A stretch of 51,104 bases of DNA from a virus (lineage: Duplodnaviria > Caudoviricetes), in IMG/VR virus record IMGVR_UViG_3300032314_000556, positions 1 to 51,104 of that record, one strand, 5' to 3'. The first letter of the stretch is position 1; the number at the start of each line of letters is the position of its first letter. Positions 28,779 through 38,947 of the stretch are shown here, one piece after another. The translations under genes were made by a program, and so were the position numbers. A model generated the notes under the pieces. The model made no database searches and was not told where the DNA came from. It saw only the letters and a program-made list of their open reading frames with translations.

Positions 28779-29578
28779 ACCGATTCTGTATATTTTATGT
28801 TTCGGTCATCAGTAAAAAAATATTCTTTTTTAGCGGTTGATACCCAAAACTTAACTTCCTCTTCTGAAATTTTATTTGTACCGAATTTATAATCCCAAAA
28901 TAAAGAATCTGGACGCATGTTAATATGTTTATAACCCAATTTTGGAATCGTCATCATTTTAACAGAATTATAAGTCATTCTAAGTAAAAATTCGTAAACA
29001 AATGTCAGTTTAATACTTGATTTAAATCCTCCAAAATCCTCAATTACACTTTTCTTAATTGCCATTCCTGCGGTTTGGAAATTCTGATAATTGTGTAACA
29101 TATCATTTGTTAAAATTCCCATTTCTTGAGCAAAATTAGCCGCAAAAGTGGCTTCATTAGTAAATCCCGCAAAAACCGACTTATCATTAACATCAATCAC
29201 TATCGGGAGAAATGATTCTACATCTGGGTAAATTTCAGAATATTTTTTTACATTGTTAAACCAAATTTGAGAGTATTCATCGTCAAATTCAAAAAATGAA
29301 ATCCACTGAGAAGATGACTCCTTAATTCCAAGATTTATTTGGGATGAGTAATTTGATTCACCCTTATATAAAACTTTCTTTACATTTAGATTTTCAAAAT
29401 TAAAAGAATTTAAATATTCAACAAGAGATTCTTCCTCTGTGTGAACAATTACTACTTCTTTTGGTAAAACTTTCTGTGTAGTAATCGAGGTAATTGCTTT
29501 CTTAAAAAATTCATCAAAATCTCTGATTTTACTACTGTGTAATGGTAAAATTACTGATATATTAAATGTGTTATCCAT
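28775..29578 (-). CDS. Glycosyltransferase family 2
   Basis: ISVILPL start, INLGI, FFEFDDEY (DxD-like). Confidence 0.8.
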   Translation of the reverse strand: MDNTFNISVILPLHSSKIRDFDEFFKKAITSITTQKVLPKEVVIVHTEEESLVEYLNSFNFENLNVKKVLYKGESNYSSQINLGIKESSSQWISFFEFDDEYSQIWFNNVKKYSEIYPDVESFLPIVIDVNDKSVFAGFTNEATFAANFAQEMGILTNDMLHNYQNFQTAGMAIKKSVIEDFGGFKSSIKLTFVYEFLLRMTYNSVKMMTIPKLGYKHINMRPDSLFWDYKFGTNKISEEEVKFWVSTAKKEYFFTDDRNIKYTESV

Positions 29579-29579
29579 A

Positions 29580-30641
29580 TTATGCGTTTTGTTCTATTTG
29601 TTGTTTATTTAATTCACTCATGAAATTTTCTATACGAGTGCCGATGTATCTTGCAAATGTTGTGGTTGTTGTATTTTTAAAATTTTCATAATCCACAAAT
29701 TTAGATGCCGTTTCTTGACCTCCCTCGTAGATAGATTCTGCAACATTATCCTCAAGCCAGTTTTGTATAAACTCTGAAATGAAATCTACTATTCTAACTG
29801 AATCAGTAATCCAAATACCGTTATTTTCATTCATCCAAGAAGGAACAATTTTAGGAGCTTTCCCTAAAACAGGGACATTACATCTCATTGACTCAAGTGG
29901 GAATGTTCCAAATGATGAAACATCATCTACCCAAACTGACAACATACAATCCTTTAACACACTTGCAAATTCTTGCTGAGATAAACCTCTCATGTCTCTA
30001 AATGCAATCCATCTGTATTGAGGGAACTTAACATAGAAAGCCTTTATTAGATTAATCGAATCTCTTTGCTCTCTACTGTATATTGCAATTATTGGTTTTG
30101 GTGGGAATTTTGCTTTTTCAAAATGTTCAGAAATTGTTGGTTCAATAACATCGATAGAAACTCCTCTCATAACTGAGGAAATATATTCTTTCATAGTTTC
30201 TGAGGTTGTAATACATTTTGTAAAACCAAATTGAGTCCATGTTTGTCCTGGTTGAAGAGTTTCAAAAATATTGTCATATGATTGACATAAAACAATTTTA
30301 GCACATGGGAGATTAGCTAGTTGAGCCATAACATACCCAAAAATTTCGGGTACAATAATCGTGTCCTCAGGAGCTACTTGCAAATTCTGACCCTCAACAG
30401 ATATGTGAGGTAATTCCATATATTTTGACCCGAGCCAATCCTGAACTCCAAAATAATCAGGTTTTTCATGCAAAATTGCCGAATTATACCCATCCTCTTT
30501 TAGCGTTAATGCCAAATCATAAATAAATTTGATTGATGCTCTTGCATTACCCTTTGTATCCTGTACAAAGAAATAGATTTTTGCATTCTTTGAACGCAAA
30601 TTTTCAATAGAATTTTCTAAATTTTTAATTAAGTCACTCAT
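29580..30641 (-). CDS. GT-B fold glycosyltransferase (GT4-like)
   Basis: IVPEI and SSFGTFPLESMRCNVPVLG (EgFGlp.lEAm.cg.P-like) motifs. Confidence 0.75.
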   Translation of the reverse strand: MSDLIKNLENSIENLRSKNAKIYFFVQDTKGNARASIKFIYDLALTLKEDGYNSAILHEKPDYFGVQDWLGSKYMELPHISVEGQNLQVAPEDTIIVPEIFGYVMAQLANLPCAKIVLCQSYDNIFETLQPGQTWTQFGFTKCITTSETMKEYISSVMRGVSIDVIEPTISEHFEKAKFPPKPIIAIYSREQRDSINLIKAFYVKFPQYRWIAFRDMRGLSQQEFASVLKDCMLSVWVDDVSSFGTFPLESMRCNVPVLGKAPKIVPSWMNENNGIWITDSVRIVDFISEFIQNWLEDNVAESIYEGGQETASKFVDYENFKNTTTTTFARYIGTRIENFMSELNKQQIEQNA

Positions 30642-30644
30642 ATT

Positions 30645-30911
30645 TTAGTATTGTTTTATTATGTTTTCGTTTAGTAAAGTATTGAATGAAAGTTTAAAAG
30701 GTATGGTAGTTGACGACTTTGGTCCGAGCATTTCATCCATCTCTTCTCTTTCGGTCATCAATACTTCCATCATCATTTTAATCATTTCATATTTCACATA
30801 CTTAATTTGTTGTTCGCTAGTACCACCCGATGAAGGTACTACTTCTAGATTTACCGCCTTTTCTATTTCATTCAAGTCGATGTAATAGTGTTCATTGAAT
30901 AGTTTTAGCAT
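30645..30911 (-). CDS. Hypothetical protein
   Basis: 88-aa ORF within the operon. Confidence 0.65.
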   Translation of the reverse strand: MLKLFNEHYYIDLNEIEKAVNLEVVPSSGGTSEQQIKYVKYEMIKMMMEVLMTEREEMDEMLGPKSSTTIPFKLSFNTLLNENIIKQY

Positions 30912-31500
30912 TTAATTCTTTGATTTTATTTGAGAGCTCTTTCAAACTTGTGATGGAGTACTCAGAGTTTATTTCAGCATTATATTCTGTTTCGAATTTA
31001 ATGACTTTATTAGGATAATTAATAAGAATATTGGGGTTAGAAGTAACTATTAAATCAAAAGAAGATAGTATTTCATCTGAAGTGAAGGAATTGAAAAATA
31101 AAACCCTTTCAATTTGGCAACCAAATTTTGAAAGAAAAAATAAAGTTGCGGGTTTGCTCTTACCTATTTCATCAGAAATAATCGTTAGTTCGTTGCCGTC
31201 TCTATGCTCAATATAAAAATCATTTAAATCATTAAATGATGTCATTTCAGTAGAACCGGCATGACCAAAAATGTGCATAGGAAATTCTTCATAAAGAAAT
31301 TCAAATTGTTCTTCCTTAGATTTAAATTTAAAAAATTTACTAATATCTAAAGAATCAATCGGTTCAGTAATTTCATATTTAAAATCATCTACAATTTCCT
31401 CAACATCTTCATTTTTTTCTATTAGAAATTTTTCATAAACTTGTTTTAATTTTCCAATAGTATCCCTTAATACCCCATTCACATCTATTGCGATTTTCAT
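30892..31500 (-). CDS. HAD-superfamily 5'(3')-deoxyribonucleotidase-like protein
   Basis: KIAIDVNGVLRD (motif I variant DxN) and C-terminal TEYN. Confidence 0.65.
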   Translation of the reverse strand: MKIAIDVNGVLRDTIGKLKQVYEKFLIEKNEDVEEIVDDFKYEITEPIDSLDISKFFKFKSKEEQFEFLYEEFPMHIFGHAGSTEMTSFNDLNDFYIEHRDGNELTIISDEIGKSKPATLFFLSKFGCQIERVLFFNSFTSDEILSSFDLIVTSNPNILINYPNKVIKFETEYNAEINSEYSITSLKELSNKIKELNAKTIQ

Positions 31501-32231
31501 TATTCGTATCTTTTTAAGATGTGACTAATTATTGGATTTCTCACAATGTCCTCATCGCCAAATTCGTGGATACCAATCTCTGATACATTTTTTAATCTTT
31601 CAATTGCATCATATAGACCTGAATCCTTAACATTCTTATATCTATCTGTTTGTTCTAAGTCACCTGAAATAAAAAATTTTGAATTTGTACCAATACGAGT
31701 TAGAAGAAGTTTCATTTGTTTTGGAGTTGCGTTTTGAGCTTCTTCAAAAATTAAAATAGTATTGTCAATGTTCATACCTCTCATATATGCTAAAGCAAAA
31801 ACCTCAACAACTTCCATTTGTTTTAATTTTTCACGGGCTTCCTTACCTATAATCTTATTTAAAAGATAGTAAGAGGGGAAAATATATGGGTCAAGTTTTT
31901 CTTCCATATTACCTGGTAGTGAACCAAGTTTTTCTTCGGCTTCAACAGCAGGTCTTACTATAATAATTTTTTCATATGGTGTATCGTAGTCGGCCAATAA
32001 GTCTACGGCACATTTCATTGCGATATAACTTTTACCAACACCCGCAGGTCCTGAACAAATTGTTATTTGATTATCTTTTAAGGTGTCATAATATTTTCTT
32101 TGTCCTTGAGTTAAAAACTTATCTTTTGTTTTTTTTATTGTTGAGCAAATTTGGTCTTTTTTTGATATTTTTTGCCTGTATGCGGTTGATTCAGGTATAA
32201 CATCTTTATTTTGTGTTTTTTTTCTTGTCAT
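31500..32231 (-). CDS. phoH: PhoH-like ATPase
   Basis: GPAGVGKS, RPAVEAEEKLGSLPG, AYMRG, EEAQN, LTRIG, GDLEQTD and DIVRNP motifs. Confidence 0.93.
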   Translation of the reverse strand: MTRKKTQNKDVIPESTAYRQKISKKDQICSTIKKTKDKFLTQGQRKYYDTLKDNQITICSGPAGVGKSYIAMKCAVDLLADYDTPYEKIIIVRPAVEAEEKLGSLPGNMEEKLDPYIFPSYYLLNKIIGKEAREKLKQMEVVEVFALAYMRGMNIDNTILIFEEAQNATPKQMKLLLTRIGTNSKFFISGDLEQTDRYKNVKDSGLYDAIERLKNVSEIGIHEFGDEDIVRNPIISHILKRYE

Positions 32232-32258
32232 TCGTTAACTTTTTCGTTTATATATTGA

Positions 32259-33371
32259 TTAATGTGCCGATTGCTTTTCACCTAAAACTATTATTTTTTT
32301 AATTTCGTTTGACACCATCTCATCAATTAAACTTTTGAGGGATATTGTAATACCTGGCCAATCAGGATAATCCTTTTTAAATTTATTAAAATTTGTAACA
32401 TAGTAAATATGGTCACCAATCCTATTGTCATTCAATATTGAATATTTATCCCAAGTTTCCCAATAAGGTAATTTTTCAGAACAAATTTTATTAATTAAAT
32501 CTATTGATTCTAGAATAGATATTGAATTGTCAATTCCTCCTCCAGCATTGTATATTTCACCTTGTTTTGGGTTTAAGTGATAATACCAAAACATATTTAC
32601 CAAATCATATGAGTGTATATTATCCCTAACTTGTTTTCCCTTGTAACCAAATATTTTATACTCTTTATTTTGAACAATACACTTTATAAGGTATGATAAA
32701 AATCCGTGAAGTTCAGCTCCCTCATGATTTGGACCAGTTAAACAACCTCCTCTAAAACAAACTGTATTCATTCCAAAATATTTTCCATATTCTTGTACTA
32801 ATATATCTGCAGATAGTTTAGATGAACCAAATAGTGAATGTAGACAATTGTCTATGGATAAAGATTCGTCAATTGACCCATTAAATTTTTTATCATCTAA
32901 AACATATCTTCTGTCATCTTCACGAATTTTAAGTTTATTTGGATTATCTCCATAAACTTTATTTGTTGACGTAAAAATAAACGAGGCATCTTTTGAATTT
33001 TGTCTTGTTAATTCTAAAAGATTTAGAGTTCCAACCGCATTTACTGAAAAATCAGTCATTGGTTCTTTTGATGCCCAATCATGAGAAGGTTGGGCTGCGG
33101 TATGGATAATTACTTTTATATCTTTAGAATATTTTTGAAAAATTTTTTGTAATTCCTCAAAATTTCTAATATCAACATTATAAAAGTCAAAATTATTATT
33201 ATAATATTTTATTAATTTTTCTGTATTTTGTTCAGTGGATGATTCAGGACCAAAAAAATAAGACCTCATATGATTATCAATTCCGACAACTTTATATCCT
33301 TTATTTATAAAAAATTTTACCGACTCAGAACCAATTAAACCTGAACAACCAGTTATTAATACAATATTCAT
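32259..33371 (-). CDS. NAD-dependent sugar-nucleotide epimerase (CDP-paratose/tyvelose 2-epimerase RfbE-like)
   Basis: ITGCSGLIG, HTAAQPSHD, STNKVYG, QEYGKYFG and GKQVRDNIH motifs. Confidence 0.85.
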   Translation of the reverse strand: MNIVLITGCSGLIGSESVKFFINKGYKVVGIDNHMRSYFFGPESSTEQNTEKLIKYYNNNFDFYNVDIRNFEELQKIFQKYSKDIKVIIHTAAQPSHDWASKEPMTDFSVNAVGTLNLLELTRQNSKDASFIFTSTNKVYGDNPNKLKIREDDRRYVLDDKKFNGSIDESLSIDNCLHSLFGSSKLSADILVQEYGKYFGMNTVCFRGGCLTGPNHEGAELHGFLSYLIKCIVQNKEYKIFGYKGKQVRDNIHSYDLVNMFWYYHLNPKQGEIYNAGGGIDNSISILESIDLINKICSEKLPYWETWDKYSILNDNRIGDHIYYVTNFNKFKKDYPDWPGITISLKSLIDEMVSNEIKKIIVLGEKQSAH

Positions 33372-33381
33372 AGTAAATTAT

Positions 33382-33987
33382 TTAGTTTTTAATATATAGA
33401 TAATCAATAAAAATATTTGTATGATATCTATAACCTCTTTCTCTGAAGAAATCATTAAACCTTTCTTCAAAAAAGTTATTTTCAATACAAATAACTTTTA
33501 TATCGTATTCATTAAAATTTATTCTTTCTAAAATTTGTAGTTCTGAACCTTCAGTATCAATAGATAAGAAATCAATTTGTTTCCTACTTACTACAGATTC
33601 AAATTTCTTGGCGTCAATTTCAATCATTTCCGAGCTACCTCCATAACTTCTCAATTCATTTATTATTCGATTATAATGTCTTGAATCATATGATTCTTGA
33701 ATTCCGCTTAACATTTCTGAGTATCCGGATATAGAAAGAAAATTAACTCTGGTGTCTTCATTCCATAAGGCACAATTAACTTTTTGACACTTTCTATTTT
33801 CAATAAGTTGTTTAAAAACATTAGGATGAGGCTCAATGCATATCCCATCCCAACCAATATCCTCTAAAAGTTTGGTATTACTTAATGAAATACCATCGTG
33901 GGCTCCAATATCAACAAAAAAACCTTCAGTTTTAAAATTGAATAATTCATGTATTTTTTTTTCTAATTCAGGATTTGTGTATGACAT
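33382..33987 (-). CDS. FkbM-family SAM methyltransferase
   Basis: FFVDIGAHDG..SNT, GICIEP and FLSIDTEGSE motifs. Confidence 0.88.
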   Translation of the reverse strand: MSYTNPELEKKIHELFNFKTEGFFVDIGAHDGISLSNTKLLEDIGWDGICIEPHPNVFKQLIENRKCQKVNCALWNEDTRVNFLSISGYSEMLSGIQESYDSRHYNRIINELRSYGGSSEMIEIDAKKFESVVSRKQIDFLSIDTEGSELQILERINFNEYDIKVICIENNFFEERFNDFFRERGYRYHTNIFIDYLYIKN

Positions 33988-33992
33988 ATAAT

Positions 33993-34829
33993 TTATTTTT
34001 TTATTAATTTATTTAACACTTCATTAACTCTGTCAAAATAAAAAGCGTATTTTTTATTGGCAATTTCATAATTTTCTATAATAGCATCTAATCTATCATA
34101 GTAATCTTTTTCAGTTAAATTATCTAAAATAGTATTTAATTGTTCTTTTGTGTCAAAAAATATAATACCTTTAGTGTTAAAAAACTCACTAATATTCGGA
34201 CATCCCCAATAAATTGGAATAGTATAAGACATAAAACAATCAATAATTTTTTCGCTAATATAATTTACATTTTTAGTATTTTCTATTGCAATATGAAACA
34301 TCGCACCTTCAAATAATTTATATTTTTCATCTACTGTAATAGATGGTGGAAAAAATAAATTATATTTTCTTTCTTTAATAATAATTGATTTAGTCTCGTG
34401 TCTAAGTCCGTGTCCTGGTAAAAAATTTTTTTGACTCATTACAGTACTTACTTGAAATTTTTTATTAGTATTGAATATATTGAAATATTCGGTTCTGTAA
34501 TTGGCTCTTTTTCTATCTTCCCTTGTTAAAATCCAACAAGCGGCATATAAAAACAATTCTGAATTCTCACAGTTATCAATAACTTCAGGATATGAGCTTA
34601 AAATTTTATCAAAATAATTTTTGTTAATTATAATTTCATTAGAAATATAGTTTAATTCTTTTGGCTCCATACCTTGTATTAATACTAGTATGTCGTTATT
34701 TTCCCTATCAAAATTCATTTGACCCCCAAAATAACTTGGGTTAGGGTCAATTATTAATTTAATTTTTTTTTCGGTTTCACAACTAAAGAAATCACCTGGA
34801 CATCCAAAAGGAGAAAAAGTTTGTATCAT
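33993..34829 (-). CDS. GT10 (alpha-1,3/4-fucosyltransferase-like) glycosyltransferase
   Basis: FHIAIEN....YISEKIIDCF...TIPIYWG motif. Confidence 0.78.
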   Translation of the reverse strand: MIQTFSPFGCPGDFFSCETEKKIKLIIDPNPSYFGGQMNFDRENNDILVLIQGMEPKELNYISNEIIINKNYFDKILSSYPEVIDNCENSELFLYAACWILTREDRKRANYRTEYFNIFNTNKKFQVSTVMSQKNFLPGHGLRHETKSIIIKERKYNLFFPPSITVDEKYKLFEGAMFHIAIENTKNVNYISEKIIDCFMSYTIPIYWGCPNISEFFNTKGIIFFDTKEQLNTILDNLTEKDYYDRLDAIIENYEIANKKYAFYFDRVNEVLNKLIKK

Positions 34830-34857
34830 AATTTTTTTAAGTGTTTTCCAATTATTT

Positions 34858-35484
34858 TTATTTTATCCAAACCATCCCCCATTTTTCTTTTCTATGTATA
34901 TCGATATCATCATGTATTGATAATTTTTCCCACACTCCAAACCTCTCAGGTTTTTTTAAGTACTCGTCCCCCTCAATATAACCAAATTCTTCATACCCCA
35001 AATCAATAAGGTGATTACAGGTTTTGTTTATATTAACGTATTGTTCCTCGGCCCACTCAAAACAAATTTCTTTTATTTTTTTTGATAATCCTTTAATAAC
35101 TTCATATTCATACCCCTCAACATCAATTTTAACTAAATCAGGTACACCATAAGTCGCAATCAAATCATCTAAATTAATTGAAAATTTTTTTAAAGAATTG
35201 CTCCAAAAATATTGATTTGTAAATCTAGATGAATTAATCCATTCTTTAGATGCCGTAGAAATAGTATCAGCGTTACTAATAAAAAATTCAATTTCTTCGT
35301 TTGATTTTTCAGATACCAAATAATCCAGTATTATTAAAGATGAATTTGAATGATATTTTTTTTTCAAAAAATTATACAGATTAGGATTAGGTTCAACCAA
35401 AATTATTTTCGCATTTGGGTTTTTTTCCAAACACTTATCAGTAAAAAGGCCTTTGTTGGCTCCGATGTCAAAAATTAAGTTCAT
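34858..35484 (-). CDS. FkbM-family SAM methyltransferase
   Basis: Start at 35484 is preferred (MNLIFDIGANKG); VEPNP and VKIDVEGYE motifs. Confidence 0.88.
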   Translation of the reverse strand: MNLIFDIGANKGLFTDKCLEKNPNAKIILVEPNPNLYNFLKKKYHSNSSLIILDYLVSEKSNEEIEFFISNADTISTASKEWINSSRFTNQYFWSNSLKKFSINLDDLIATYGVPDLVKIDVEGYEYEVIKGLSKKIKEICFEWAEEQYVNINKTCNHLIDLGYEEFGYIEGDEYLKKPERFGVWEKLSIHDDIDIHRKEKWGMVWIK

Positions 35485-35489
35485 ATTAA

Positions 35490-36254
35490 TTATTTTTCCC
35501 AAAAAATACCACAACTGTCTATAACAGTAAACTGGCTTGTTATTTTATTTTTTATTCTGAAATCCTCAACTGCTTTCTTACATTTAGGTAAACAATAATC
35601 ATCAATTATTATAATACCTGAATTTGTTACTTTATAATAACAACTATCAAAAACATCCATAGTAGATTTATACATATCACCATCCATCCTTAGAATTGAA
35701 ATGTTTTTTATTTCGGTATTTCCAGGTAGAGTATCTGAAAACCAACCCTTCAGGAAAATAACATTTTCGTCCAAACATCCGTACAATTTAAAATTATTCA
35801 TTACTTCATCCAAGGAAACCTTTAAAAAATCTATTGTGTGATGTTTATCTCCATAATCTTCAGGATGTTCAGGAACTGGTAACCCTTCAAAAGAATCTAC
35901 TACAAAAATTTTTTTATCAATTTCATATAAATCACAATAAACTTTTGCAAAAATTGAAGCCCCACCTCTCCAAACTCCAGTTTCTACAATGTCTCCATCA
36001 ATATTTGTTTCTCTTATTTTGTCTAAACAATTATGAAGGTTGTCAAGTCTTTGCATACCTATCATCGTATGAGCTCTTTCAGGCCAATCCAACCCCCCTA
36101 ATCTTTTTGGGTTAATTGGTGTACCTAAAATATTAGTAATCACATCTTCAGATGGAATTTTTTTTGACTCAAAAAAATCATTTCGTATTTTATCATCATT
36201 CAATGTATCAGTTAAAACACGTTTAATAAATTCTAAATATAATTTTTTATCCAT
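35490..36254 (-). CDS. TylF/MycF/NovP-family sugar O-methyltransferase
   Basis: AHTMIG..RL, GDIVETGVWRGG, DSFEGLP, KGWFSDTLP, LRMDGDMY and IIDDY motifs. Confidence 0.9.
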   Translation of the reverse strand: MDKKLYLEFIKRVLTDTLNDDKIRNDFFESKKIPSEDVITNILGTPINPKRLGGLDWPERAHTMIGMQRLDNLHNCLDKIRETNIDGDIVETGVWRGGASIFAKVYCDLYEIDKKIFVVDSFEGLPVPEHPEDYGDKHHTIDFLKVSLDEVMNNFKLYGCLDENVIFLKGWFSDTLPGNTEIKNISILRMDGDMYKSTMDVFDSCYYKVTNSGIIIIDDYCLPKCKKAVEDFRIKNKITSQFTVIDSCGIFWEK

Positions 36255-36819
36255 TTATTCTTTTTAATATTGTTAATCCGTTATTGTTCTCAAATTTTTC
36301 GTGAAGAACCCAATCTTCATTCTCAATTAAAAATTCATTAATTGCTGGCATTATACCAACAGTGTTAGGTTCTTTAAAAGTCTCTCCGTGAACCCCAAAA
36401 GTTGTCGTGTCGTGAAATACTAGATATTTTTTTACTTTTTTTGAGTGTAAACTTAATTCTTTTTTTAATTGATTATACTCATGGTAGGTATCTATAAATA
36501 ATAAATCTGTTTCCTCAATCTCAACTTCTAAAACATTTTGTAAATTAAACGTGAAATCCACATCTAAATTTTTTGAATGTAATTTTATTTCGTCAAGTCT
36601 TTGGTTTACTTTATTCAAATCTAAATTAGTTAGGATATCGTAACAGACGACTTTTTTTGGTTTTGCAATTACAAAAGCCCAAGTTGAGCAGACATATCTT
36701 GTTCCCATCTCAGTTATATGGTCACAATCTTCAGCATACTTACGTAAAGTCACTAAGTGTTCATTAATGTCGGAGTTTGTTTTGACTAAATTTTGAAATA
36801 TTTTTTCTGTTTCTACCAT
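36247..36819 (-). CDS. Class I SAM methyltransferase (Methyltransf_24-like)
   Basis: ITEMGTR, DLLFIDTYHEY and VFHDT motifs. Confidence 0.78.
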   Translation of the reverse strand: MVETEKIFQNLVKTNSDINEHLVTLRKYAEDCDHITEMGTRYVCSTWAFVIAKPKKVVCYDILTNLDLNKVNQRLDEIKLHSKNLDVDFTFNLQNVLEVEIEETDLLFIDTYHEYNQLKKELSLHSKKVKKYLVFHDTTTFGVHGETFKEPNTVGIMPAINEFLIENEDWVLHEKFENNNGLTILKRING

Positions 36820-36822
36820 AAT

Positions 36823-37512
36823 TTATAGTTTATATTTATTTTTTATGTATGTATTTTCTTGTGTTTTTTTTTCTGAAGAAATAATGTTTGTCAATTGATA
36901 ATCATGTTGTGATACAAAAATCAATGGTTCATTTATTATAATTGGTTCTCCTAAAGTATCATAACATTTTTTGTAATAATCACAGTCCATTAGCCAAATA
37001 ATATTTTCATCAAAAAATAATTTAAATTTATTAAGAATAGATATTACGCTTGGACTTCCTATTGTATTAACCCCATTTATAATTTTATCGGAATATATTG
37101 GATTCATTTTACCCCTAATCTTTGAAACATTCTCACCATAAAGACATCCGGTTAATAACCAACTTTTTTCAGGATTTGATTTAAATGAATTAACAATTTT
37201 TTGTAAAGTTTCACCATCGTACAAAAACTCATCTTGAAAAAGAATTTTAATAATTTCACCTTGGCATTTATTTAATGCGAAATTAATATTTGCGGATGAG
37301 TTACCAATTTTCTCATGATTTTTGAAATATTTTATGTCAATTTTGTGTTTTGAATCCCTTATAAATTCCTCAATAGTATTATTAATACTATGGTCAGAAA
37401 TTATCACTTCAAAATTACTGTAAGTTTGTTTAGATATAAATTCTAGACTTTTTTGTAAAAAATTAACTCCATAATTTCCCATTTCGTACACGGGTATGGC
37501 AATTGAAATCAT
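36823..37512 (-). CDS. Glycosyltransferase family 2
   Basis: ISIAIPVY, QTY.NFEVIISD, LFQDE, IGSPS and MDCDY motifs. Confidence 0.85.
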   Translation of the reverse strand: MISIAIPVYEMGNYGVNFLQKSLEFISKQTYSNFEVIISDHSINNTIEEFIRDSKHKIDIKYFKNHEKIGNSSANINFALNKCQGEIIKILFQDEFLYDGETLQKIVNSFKSNPEKSWLLTGCLYGENVSKIRGKMNPIYSDKIINGVNTIGSPSVISILNKFKLFFDENIIWLMDCDYYKKCYDTLGEPIIINEPLIFVSQHDYQLTNIISSEKKTQENTYIKNKYKL

Positions 37513-38129
37513 ATTGTTTTATTTTTAATATATAAAGCGTCCCCCCATGTTTTTCCTTCCCAATTTGTCTCAACTCTCTCAAATCCAAACTCCTTTAAAA
37601 AAACATCAAGTTCCTCAACTCTTGAACAGTTTTCATAAACCTCATCTCTATTTATTTCTGATATAATGTAATCAATATGGTTTAAAGTTTTAACTGAACC
37701 TTTAAATACTTCCATTTCGTATCCTTGAACATCAATATTAATTAAGTTAAATTTTAAAAAATCTAAATTAATTTCGTCAAGTCTTCTCATTTCAACTTCT
37801 TCAGTCTCATTAAAGACAATATGGGGATATTGTATAGAATGAATTTTAGGTTTTAATATTGAGGAGGACATTCCTTGATTTGCGGATTCAACATTCATCA
37901 CCACTTTTTTATTTTCATTTCCAAGAGCGCAATTAAAAATCCTTGATTTATCCCCAACATTTTCTTTTAATACCTTATAATTTTTACTCAAAGGTTCAAA
38001 ATAAACTATGTTAGTTATACTTTCGGACTCATATAACGAATGTTCTTGTCCATAATGGGCTCCAATATGTATAACTCCTGTTATTTTCATATTGTATTTT
38101 TTAACTAAATTTTTAAAATCTAATAACAT
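37509..38129 (-). CDS. FkbM-family SAM methyltransferase
   Basis: VIHIGAHYG, FEP, INIDVQGYE and WGDALY motifs. Confidence 0.88.
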   Translation of the reverse strand: MLLDFKNLVKKYNMKITGVIHIGAHYGQEHSLYESESITNIVYFEPLSKNYKVLKENVGDKSRIFNCALGNENKKVVMNVESANQGMSSSILKPKIHSIQYPHIVFNETEEVEMRRLDEINLDFLKFNLINIDVQGYEMEVFKGSVKTLNHIDYIISEINRDEVYENCSRVEELDVFLKEFGFERVETNWEGKTWGDALYIKNKTI

Positions 38130-38947
38130 ACTAATTTACCGTTTTCATATTCAACATTTATTTTATTCCAATCGGATTCATATAAATCTTCATAATCTTT
38201 TTCTCCCTGAGGACCAAACCATACACTAGGTACAAACACAACTTTATCCAAAATTGTATTTAAATAAGACCCCCACCAAGAAAAAGTTGAATTGGACATT
38301 ATGTTTGTTTTACATAAACTAATCATCCATAGTTCCTCATAATCTTCTAAACCTTCTACTAATATTGTTTTTTTAAAATTAACATTCTCCTTAACCCAAT
38401 CTTTATCATCAGAAAATATAAAAAGTTTATCATAATCGCCTATTTCATATAAACATTTTTCAATATAACTTATATCAATTGTTGGTAACATTGAACTTAT
38501 TGTAAGATAATCACCTCTTCTTATATGTAAAGATATTGTTTTATCTAACTTTATTTCAGGATATTTTCTTTCAATGCCCATTAAAAACTCATCAGTAGGT
38601 GAAAATATTTTTTTAATTTCGTTGTCATAACCTAAAAAATTTTTACTACTTTGGAAGTATCCGTGAAATTCAATTGGCTTGTCTAAATTAAAATTTAATT
38701 CAGTATATACCCAAGGGGAATGAACTCTTTTAGTTTCTGAATTAAAATTAATAAAATTTATGTTTCTAAATATATTATCAGTATATTTTGTAGGCTGATT
38801 TGCCTGCATAGGAGTATATGCTTCTGGTTTAAATAATGAGGGTACGTTATTTTTCCATCCTTGGCATAAAGCGTGTGAAATTTGGAACATTTGATTTCCT
38901 AATCCACCCATTAAGGATGATGTCACAAATAAATTATGTTCTTTCAT
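38120..38947 (-). CDS. GT11 alpha-1,2-fucosyltransferase-like glycosyltransferase
   Basis: GGLGNQMFQ, GYFQS, HIRRGDY, FSDD and SNSTFSWW motifs. Confidence 0.9.
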   Translation of the reverse strand: MKEHNLFVTSSLMGGLGNQMFQISHALCQGWKNNVPSLFKPEAYTPMQANQPTKYTDNIFRNINFINFNSETKRVHSPWVYTELNFNLDKPIEFHGYFQSSKNFLGYDNEIKKIFSPTDEFLMGIERKYPEIKLDKTISLHIRRGDYLTISSMLPTIDISYIEKCLYEIGDYDKLFIFSDDKDWVKENVNFKKTILVEGLEDYEELWMISLCKTNIMSNSTFSWWGSYLNTILDKVVFVPSVWFGPQGEKDYEDLYESDWNKINVEYENGKLVCY